Assembly (NCBI GenBank): GCA_050117845.1 | Contig: JASFLY010000040.1 | Location: 1 to 19,026 of the forward strand | Length of the DNA: 19,026 bases | DNA from: Candidatus Zixiibacteriota bacterium | Lineage (GTDB): Bacteria; RBG-13-66-14; B26-G2; WVWN01 | Direction: 5' to 3' | Shown here: positions 1 to 8,509 of the stretch, piece by piece | Layout: each line of letters begins with the position of its first letter | Numbering within the stretch: position 1 is the first letter of the stretch | Program-made: the position numbers and the translations under genes | The notes under the pieces: model-generated | Database searches by the model: none | Told to the model about the DNA's origin: nothing | What the model saw: only the letters and a program-made list of their open reading frames with translations

Positions 1-422
1 TACAACGCCTGGGGATTATAGCCGCCGGCGCCGCATTCGAGGGCCATACCCCCCGATAAATCGTGGCCGAGTTCGAAACTGTAATGAACGCTTCCGTTCG
101 TATAATCGCATACGTAACAGGAGTCGGTGTCGTAATCGCCGACGTAAAGGTACCCGCCGTAGCGGTAAGTGAGGCCCTGGGTCTCGTGGCCCCGGGGCGA
201 TACGAACGAGGAGTAAATGGATCCGTTGTTGGCGTCCGTCCGCCAAATGTTATAAGGCTCCGAACGACAGAAAACCCACAAGTATGTCGGATTCGAAGGC
301 CGGGCCAGCGCTACGGGGAAATCGCCGGGGGCCGGCCACGACGCTACTACCGATCCCAACGAGCCGAAAGCGGCCCCGGCCAGCGCCAAAGTCGCACCTA
401 TTACGAGCAGCATCTTCGTCAT
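1..422 (-). CDS. Secreted hypothetical protein, possibly beta-propeller-like (runs off the window edge)
   Basis: Not in the ORF track. Manual translation from ATG 422 (GGAG SD upstream): MTKMLLVIGATLALAGAAFGSLGSVVASWPAPGDFPVALARPSNPTYLWVFCRSEPYNIWRTDANNGSIYSSFVSPRGHETQGLTYRYGGYLYVGDYDTDSCYVCDYTNGSVHYSFELGHDLSGGMALECG..., open to base 1. Signal-peptide-like N-terminus and ~40-aa repeats (GSVVASW / GSIYSSF / GSVHYSF). Confidence 0.75.
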   Translation of the reverse strand, partial: MTKMLLVIGATLALAGAAFGSLGSVVASWPAPGDFPVALARPSNPTYLWVFCRSEPYNIWRTDANNGSIYSSFVSPRGHETQGLTYRYGGYLYVGDYDTDSCYVCDYTNGSVHYSFELGHDLSGGMALECGAGGYNPQAL

Positions 423-608
423 GTGACTCCCTTCCGTACGACCGGTTAACGGAATCCCCCGGGTCCCGGTTCATTTTTAATATTAACGGGAAGCTAATGT
501 CAAGTTTAAAAGGATTCCCGTTTTCGGCCAAATAACGTTAGGTTCTACTCGGCTGAAGGTTACGATCCGGTCCGACGGGGAATCCGCACGCCCGTCGGGA
601 AAAGGGTA

Positions 609-617
609 TGGTATAAT
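609..617 (+). promoter_or_regulatory. Extended -10 promoter element (TGGTATAAT) for the 652..927 gene
   Basis: TGnTATAAT about 35 nt upstream of the GTG start. Confidence 0.55.
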
Positions 618-651
618 GTCGTAGTAGCGTTATCTTTAGGTGGTGGGTATT

Positions 652-927
652 GTGCAAAATAAAACGTACTACGTCGAACTTGGCGAGGACCGGTTCCGCG
701 GGACCGCGGCCGAGATCGTCCGGGCGATGATGGCGGCCTCGTTCTTCGTCGGCGATATCGATATGGACGAATACCTGGACAACATGCCCGCCGAGATAGA
801 CCACATGACCGGCGAGGCCGTCCGCATCACCGGCTCCACGCCGGAAGGTCGGGCCGAGAGCTTCGTCCGGGAAATCCTCCGCATCGGCCTGGCCCGCGAC
901 CTGACGGCGGACGACGGCGAACTTTAA
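652..927 (+). CDS. Small acidic hypothetical protein
   Basis: ORF 640..927 with strong GC3 bias. GTG at 652 follows SD-like AGGTGG (638-643). No family recognised. Confidence 0.7.
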   Translation: MQNKTYYVELGEDRFRGTAAEIVRAMMAASFFVGDIDMDEYLDNMPAEIDHMTGEAVRITGSTPEGRAESFVREILRIGLARDLTADDGEL

Positions 928-1055
928 AGCCCCTCCGCAACCCCGAAAAGACCCGTTTGACGCCGGCCGGCGCCGTTTGAGCGTTTACAAAAACGGCCGG
1001 TTATGTTACTAATTACCGCACAAGTCACTCCCTTTAATCGGCCCCGGAGGCCCAT

Positions 1056-1499
1056 ATGGTAAAGAGAAAAAAATATGTCGGCGTCAACCTGTGGCGCCTG
1101 GCCGACGTGGACCGGCTTATCGACCGGCTCTATTCGGTCTCGCCGCCCCTCGCCGGCGGCGCGGCCCGCCATTGGATTCCCGACGCCGACGTCTTCGAGA
1201 CCGAGAAGGACCTCGTCATAAAAATGGACCTGGCCGGCGTCGATCGCGACGACGTGAAAGTCATGATGGACGAGGACGCCGTTATAATCACCGGCAAGCG
1301 CATCGAGCAGTACCACGAGGAGACCGAGTATTACCATCAGCTCGAGGTGGAGTACGGCTTCTTCCGCCGGGTCATCAGCCTCCCCCGGCCGGTGGACGGC
1401 AACAAGAGCCGGGCCCTTTACCGCGACGGTTTCCTCTTCGTGATACTCCCCAAGATAGAACGGCCGGTCACCATCCACACCACGGTCGAAATCCTGTAA
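1056..1499 (+). CDS. Hsp20/alpha-crystallin family small heat shock protein
   Basis: Motifs P-x-ADVFET, DLAGV, EVEYGFFRRVISLP and ALYRDGFLFVILPK. GGAGG SD. Directly upstream of lon. Confidence 0.93.
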   Translation: MVKRKKYVGVNLWRLADVDRLIDRLYSVSPPLAGGAARHWIPDADVFETEKDLVIKMDLAGVDRDDVKVMMDEDAVIITGKRIEQYHEETEYYHQLEVEYGFFRRVISLPRPVDGNKSRALYRDGFLFVILPKIERPVTIHTTVEIL

Positions 1500-1550
1500 A
1501 TCAGCCGCGGGCCGCCCCGTTCGGGCGCGGCCGTAAGGTGGTGCGATATT

Positions 1551-3965
<2,415 letters not shown>

Positions 3966-3989
3966 CGTCCGGCCGTTATATGGAAAATC

Positions 3990-4023
3990 AAAACGCCCCG
4001 CCTTCAAGGCGGGGTTTTCTTTT
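3990..4023. terminator. Intrinsic terminator between convergent lon and selA (probably bidirectional)
   Basis: CCCCGCC-TTCAA-GGCGGGG stem followed by TTTTCTTTT on +, with an A-run on the other side. Confidence 0.8.
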
Positions 4024-4040
4024 ATCGGTAATGATTCGGG

Positions 4041-5234
4041 TTATTCTCGGGGGGCCAACGAGGCCGCAAGGCCCGCGACGGCCCGCTCGAGCAGCGGGAG
4101 GTCCTGTTCGGGGAGGCTCCGGGCGTCCACCAGAACGGCGTCCCCCGTCGCCCGGCCTAGGACCGGGGGGTCCAGGCGCCGGAGCGCCGCGGCCAGCGCG
4201 TGGGGCGAGAGGGCCGGGTGCCGCAGGGCCACGGCGACGGTATCCAGCCGGACGTACGGCAGCGTTCCCCCGCCGACGAGCGTGTCCGTTTCATGGGTCG
4301 AAACGTCGAGTTCGGGAACGCCGGCGGCCCGGAAGTACGCGGCGGCCCGGTCGGCGATGCGGCCCAGTTCCTCGGCCGGCCTCGTCAACAAACGGTACGT
4401 CGGGATATCGTTGAGGGCGTTCCCGCCCTCGGCGTACGTCTCCAGGACCGCGGCCAGGAGCGAGTACGTCTCCTTCCCCACCCTGAGAGCCCGGTAGAGG
4501 CTGTCGCGGCGGCAGCGTTCGACGGCTTCCTTAGTCCCCACGACAACGCCGGCCTGCGGGCCGCCCAGGAGTTTGTCGCCGGAGAAACATACCAGGTCGA
4601 CGCCGGCGTCCAGCAGGTTCGCGACGGACGGCTCCTCGGGCGCGACGAGGTCCGGGTAGAGGCCGGTATCGAGCAGGCCGCTGCCCAGGTCGTACAGGAC
4701 AGGCCGGCCGTACTCGCCGCGGGCGAGGGCGACTATCTCGTCGGGCCGCGGCTCCTCGTGACGGCCGCGGAAGAAGAAGTTGCTGCGGTGCGCCAGGACG
4801 ACGAGCGACGCCCCGGCGTCGAGGGCCCGGCGGTAGTCGTCGAGGCGCGTCACGTTGACGGTCCCGACGGGTATCATCTCCACGCCGCCGGCAGCCATCA
4901 CGGCCGGCAGGCGGAAGGCGCCGCCTATCTCGACGAGCTGCCCCCGGCTGGACGCGGCCGGCTGCCCCGCCCCCAGCGCCCGGAGCGCCAGCAGGACGGC
5001 CGCGGCGTTGTTGTTGGCCACCAGCGCGTCTTCGGCCCCCGTCAACTCGCGCAACGGCTCGACGATGAGGGTATTGCGCTGGCCGCGCTCGCCCGAATTT
5101 AAATCGACCTCGAGGTTGCTGTAACCGGCGAGGATGCTCTCGGCGCGGGCCAGGAGGGCAGGCCCCAGGGGCGCCCGGCCGGCGCCGGTGTGCAGTATAA
5201 CGCCGGTCGCGTTTATTATCCTTTGAATCAGCAT
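4041..5234 (-). CDS. selA: L-seryl-tRNA(Sec) selenium transferase (selenocysteine synthase), lacking the N-terminal domain
   Basis: IINATGVILHTGAGRAPL, GYSNLE, NNNAAAVLL, SRGQLVEIGGAFRLP, DLGSG and PLP-Lys motif FSGDKLLGGPQAG. ATG 5234 gives 397 aa. The TTG at 5270 in the track is the promoter -35 hexamer. Confidence 0.93.
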   Translation of the reverse strand: MLIQRIINATGVILHTGAGRAPLGPALLARAESILAGYSNLEVDLNSGERGQRNTLIVEPLRELTGAEDALVANNNAAAVLLALRALGAGQPAASSRGQLVEIGGAFRLPAVMAAGGVEMIPVGTVNVTRLDDYRRALDAGASLVVLAHRSNFFFRGRHEEPRPDEIVALARGEYGRPVLYDLGSGLLDTGLYPDLVAPEEPSVANLLDAGVDLVCFSGDKLLGGPQAGVVVGTKEAVERCRRDSLYRALRVGKETYSLLAAVLETYAEGGNALNDIPTYRLLTRPAEELGRIADRAAAYFRAAGVPELDVSTHETDTLVGGGTLPYVRLDTVAVALRHPALSPHALAAALRRLDPPVLGRATGDAVLVDARSLPEQDLPLLERAVAGLAASLAPRE

Positions 5235-5241
5235 TCGTCGG

Positions 5242-5270
5242 AGTATAATAATCCGGCGGGCCGATGTCAA
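5242..5270 (-). promoter_or_regulatory. sigma70-type promoter for selA
   Basis: TTGACA (5270-5265)-N17-TATACT (5247-5242), 7 nt before the ATG. Confidence 0.75.
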
Positions 5271-5296
5271 CCGATAGGCCGGGGCGCGCGGGACAG

Positions 5297-5325
5297 TTGA
5301 AAATAAAGGCGGTTAATATTAAATT
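5297..5325 (+). promoter_or_regulatory. sigma70-type promoter for miaA
   Basis: TTGAAA (5297-5302)-N17-TAAATT (5320-5325), 8 nt before ATG 5334. No SD present. Confidence 0.55.
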
Positions 5326-5333
5326 ATATAATC

Positions 5334-6263
5334 ATGACGCGGGGACTTCTGGCGATAGTGGGCCTCACGTGCAGCGGCAAGGGGAAACTGGCGCTGGACG
5401 TGGCGGACGCCCTCGGCGGCCCCGGGGCGGTCGGCATCGTCGTTTGCGACTCGGCCAAGGTCTACCGGGGCGCCGACGTCGGGACGGCCAAGCCGCCGGT
5501 CGAGGCGCGGCGGGGCTACGAGTTCCTGATGGTGGACGTCGTCGACCCCGGCGTGCCGTACAGCGCGGGGCGCTACATGCGCGAGGGCCGGGAGGCCTGC
5601 CGGCGGTTATGGGACCGCGGCAAGCTGGCGCTGGTCGTGGGCGGCACGGGCCTATACTTCCGGGCCCTGCGGGACGGCATCGCCGAGGCTCCTCCGGCCG
5701 ACGAGGAGGTCCGGGCGGCGCTGGGCGCCCGCTTCGACGCGGGCGAGGACCTGTACGCCCTCCTGACCCGGGTGGACGCCGCGTACGCCGCGAAGATATC
5801 GCCCCGGGACGCCAAACGCATCGTACGGGCGCTCGAGGTCTACGAGCTGACGGGCCTGCCCCTCTCCGAAATCCACGGCCGGGGGGCCGACCCGCTCGCG
5901 GCGGGCCGCGTCACCGCTTTCGCGCTGGACGCTGGCCGCCCCTGGCTCGCCGGCCGCGTGGAGGAGCGGACCGACCGGATGCTTTCGACGGGCCTCGCCA
6001 GCGAGACGAAGCGGCTCCTTGAACTGGCGGGGGGCCCGACGGCGCCGCCGCTGAACGCCATCGGCTACCGCCAGATGGTCCGTTTCCTATCCGGGGAGCT
6101 GGACGAGCGCGCGGCCCGGGCGGAAATCGTCACGGAGACGCTGCGGCTGGCCAAACGACAGCGTACGTGGTTCAAGGGCGAGCGCGATATAATCCACCTC
6201 GCGGCCGAGGACGGCCCCGAAACGCTCGCCGCGACGATAATCGATGCGTGGCGGGCGAGTTGA
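5334..6263 (+). CDS. miaA: tRNA (adenosine(37)-N6)-dimethylallyltransferase
   Basis: P-loop GLTCSGKG, DSAKVYRGADVGTAKP, VVGGTGLY, RIVRALEV, AIGY and LAKRQRTWF. Confidence 0.95.
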   Translation: MTRGLLAIVGLTCSGKGKLALDVADALGGPGAVGIVVCDSAKVYRGADVGTAKPPVEARRGYEFLMVDVVDPGVPYSAGRYMREGREACRRLWDRGKLALVVGGTGLYFRALRDGIAEAPPADEEVRAALGARFDAGEDLYALLTRVDAAYAAKISPRDAKRIVRALEVYELTGLPLSEIHGRGADPLAAGRVTAFALDAGRPWLAGRVEERTDRMLSTGLASETKRLLELAGGPTAPPLNAIGYRQMVRFLSGELDERAARAEIVTETLRLAKRQRTWFKGERDIIHLAAEDGPETLAATIIDAWRAS

Positions 6264-6288
6264 AAAAGCAAAACGTTTATGGTATAAT
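6260..6288 (+). promoter_or_regulatory. sigma70 promoter overlapping the miaA stop codon
   Basis: TTGAAA (6260-6265)-N17-TATAAT (6283-6288) with TG extension. Confidence 0.75.
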
Positions 6289-6323
6289 CCCCCCAAATTC
6301 CAACGACTTGGAGGAGGTCGAGC

Positions 6324-6638
6324 ATGAAGTACGTAAAGGTTACTGCCATTATTATCTTCGTTTTGTCGCTCGGCGCGGCCTTCTACGGTTGCAAGAAAAC
6401 CGAAGAGGCCCCGACGGACGAAATGACCGCCGAGACGGCGGCCGAAACCGCCGCCCCGACGGAAGACGTCGCGTGTCCCGCCCCCGGTGATGACCTCATC
6501 TGCGAGGAATGCGGGATCCTGTTCCAGGGCGACTCGGCGGACGCGGAATACGCGGCCCATATGGAAGAGAAACACCCGGAAGAATGGGCCAAAATGAAGG
6601 ACAAGTTCTGGGAAATGCGAGGGGGCGCACCGGAATAG
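6324..6638 (+). CDS. Lipoprotein with Ala/Glu/Thr-rich linker and C2H2-like metal-binding motif
   Basis: GGAGGAGG SD. Signal peptide ending FYG-C. CEEC-x15-HMEEKH motif. Confidence 0.8.
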   Translation: MKYVKVTAIIIFVLSLGAAFYGCKKTEEAPTDEMTAETAAETAAPTEDVACPAPGDDLICEECGILFQGDSADAEYAAHMEEKHPEEWAKMKDKFWEMRGGAPE

Positions 6639-6745
6639 CGGCGTAGCGGACGGAAACGAACAGGCGATCCGATCCGGGCGGTCGGCCCTCCCCTCAGGCT
6701 GCCGCCCGGAGATTTCGCTTCCGGCCCCGCGCCCAAGGCAAGGCC

Positions 6746-6940
6746 ATGCCGATTTACGAATTTCAATGCGGCGAGTGCTGTACGGTCTTCGAGAAGTTGT
6801 GCCGTATCGGCGGAGAGGCCGAGGTCCGTTGCCCCGAATGCGGGTCGACGGATTGCCGGAAACTCATATCGCTCGTCGCGTCGCAGGCCGGTAGTTGCGG
6901 CTGTGAAACCTGCGAACCGAAACCGACTTGAAACTGCTAA
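6746..6940 (+). CDS. FmdB-family zinc-ribbon protein, probable selenoprotein (Sec62; 64 aa)
   Basis: MPIYEFQCGECCTVFE...CPECGS signature. TGA 6929-6931 is followed in frame by AAC TGC TAA, giving ...CGCETCEPKPT-U-N-C*, with a hairpin downstream. The family call is more certain (~0.9) than the read-through. Confidence 0.7.
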
Positions 6941-6963
6941 ACGCGGCCGCGGCCGTGTTGGCC
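6940..6963 (+). promoter_or_regulatory. Candidate bacterial SECIS for the FmdB gene
   Basis: AACGCGGC-CGCG-GCCGTGTT (6940-6959), or alternatively GGCC-GTGTT-GGCC (6951-6963, loop starting GU 24 nt after the UGA). Confidence 0.45.
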
Positions 6964-7100
6964 AAGAGACGCCGGTGACGTTCGTTTCGGCCTCGGCGAA
7001 GAAAACGCGGCGCGAACAGCGCTTAACGTTCACCCGTTGGGGCGAGGGTAGCAATCTACGACAAACGCGGTAACGACCTGGTACCGCCCTATGGGAGAGA

Positions 7101-7556
7101 ATGATTATGGCGGAAGAGGAGAGCAAGGAATTCCAGAACCCTCCGGACGAACGCATAGCCGAAATCCTCAAAGATTACGAAAACGTGGCCGTGGTGGGCC
7201 TGACGCCGAAGCAGGAAACGGCGGCCCATCGGGTGGCGCGCTTCCTCAAGCGCCACGGCTTTCGCATCAACCCGGTCAATCCCAGGTACGAATCGGTGCT
7301 GGGAGAGGTATCCTGGCCGTACCTGCGCAACGTGCCGGAGCCTATAGACATCGTGGACGTATTCCGCAGGCCGGAGCACCTCGGCGGCATCATCGAGGAC
7401 GCCGTGTCGGTGGGGGCCAAAGTCATCTGGCTCCAGCTCGGCGTGAAGAACGCCGAGTTCGCCCGGCAGGCGCGAGAGGCCGGCCTCGAGGTCGTCATGG
7501 ACCGCTGTATGAAGAAGGAATACGAACGCCTGGTCCTCTTGAGAAGGGTGAAATAA
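7101..7556 (+). CDS. CoA-binding protein (YccU-like)
   Basis: VAVVGL, INPVNP, IDIVDVFR, IWLQLGV and VVMDRC. The start may be ATG 7107, which has better spacing to GGGAGAG. Confidence 0.92.
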   Translation: MIMAEEESKEFQNPPDERIAEILKDYENVAVVGLTPKQETAAHRVARFLKRHGFRINPVNPRYESVLGEVSWPYLRNVPEPIDIVDVFRRPEHLGGIIEDAVSVGAKVIWLQLGVKNAEFARQAREAGLEVVMDRCMKKEYERLVLLRRVK

Positions 7557-7558
7557 CG

Positions 7559-8509
7559 ATGGCCACTACCGAACGCGACCTGGTCATAGTGGGGGGCGGC
7601 CCCGCCGGCCTCACCGCCGGCATATACGCCTCCCGCGGCCGACTGGACACCATCCTGCTGGAAGCCAAGCCGCTGACCGGCGGCCAAATAGCCACCACCG
7701 ACATCGTCGAGAATTACCCCGGCTTCCCGGAACCGCTCTCGGGCGCGGAGCTCATGGACAAGATGCGCCGGCAGGCGGAGCGCTTCGGCCTCGAGATAAC
7801 CACCGGGGAGGTTACGCGGATTACGGCCGAGGACGGCAAGTTCCGGCTGGAGGGCCCCAAGGACACGTACGTCGCCCGGGCCGTCATCGTCGCCACCGGG
7901 ACCGAGCCCCGGCGCCTCGGCGTCCCCCGAGAAGACGAACTCTGGGGCCTCGGCGTTTCGACCTGCGCCACCTGCGACGGCGCTCTGTACCGCGACAGGC
8001 CGGTGGCCGTCGTGGGCGGGGGCGACAGCGCGGTCAAGGAAGCGGTCTTTTTGACCAAGTTCGCGGACCGCGTGTACATCATCCACCGCCGCGACGAGCT
8101 GCGCGCCGAGAAGGTCATCCAGGAACAGGCGCTCGCCAGCGACAAGATAGAGTTCGTCTGGTCCTCGGTCGTGACCGAGATGCTGGGCGACGCGGACGCC
8201 GGCCTGACGGGCGTCAAGGTGAAGCACGTCGAGACGGAGGAAGAGAAGGAACTCGCGGTCGACTGCGTTTTCCTCTACGTGGGCGTTCTGCCCAACACCA
8301 ACTTCGTAAAGGGCCTGGTGGAATTGGACGACGTGGGCCTCATCAAGACCGACGGCGAGATGCGCGCCGCCACGCCGGGCATCTTCGCGGCCGGGGACTG
8401 CCGCTCGAAGGCGTTCAAACAGGTCGCGACGGCGGTGGGCGAAGGCGCCGTGGCCGCCTACTCCGCCCAGGAGTTTATAACAGGGGGGCCCTATGCCGGG
8501 AATCGTTAA
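7559..8509 (+). CDS. trxB: Thioredoxin-disulfide reductase
   Basis: IVGGGPAGLTAGIY, ENYPGF, GVSTCATCDG, VVGGGDSA, IHRRD and FAAGD. Real start is ATG 7559 within track ORF 7091..8509. Confidence 0.96.
   Translation: MATTERDLVIVGGGPAGLTAGIYASRGRLDTILLEAKPLTGGQIATTDIVENYPGFPEPLSGAELMDKMRRQAERFGLEITTGEVTRITAEDGKFRLEGPKDTYVARAVIVATGTEPRRLGVPREDELWGLGVSTCATCDGALYRDRPVAVVGGGDSAVKEAVFLTKFADRVYIIHRRDELRAEKVIQEQALASDKIEFVWSSVVTEMLGDADAGLTGVKVKHVETEEEKELAVDCVFLYVGVLPNTNFVKGLVELDDVGLIKTDGEMRAATPGIFAAGDCRSKAFKQVATAVGEGAVAAYSAQEFITGGPYAGNR

Noticed and set aside
928..1055. CIRCE/HrcA heat-shock operator before hsp20-lon
   Set aside because: No TTAGCACTC-N9-GAGTGCTAA match.
3994..4014. Hairpin resembling IS200/IS605 subterminal palindromes
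   Set aside because: No tnpA/tnpB or second end nearby. Its position between convergent genes and its U-tail fit a terminator.
6651..6723. Possible tRNA(Sec) (selC) near selA
   Set aside because: It folds as one long hairpin. There is no CTTCAAA anticodon loop, no GTTCGA T-loop and no cloverleaf on either strand.
7091..7558. 156-aa N-terminal extension of TrxB in the ORF track
   Set aside because: It is an off-frame overlap with the CoA-binding gene. TrxB homology starts at ATG 7559.
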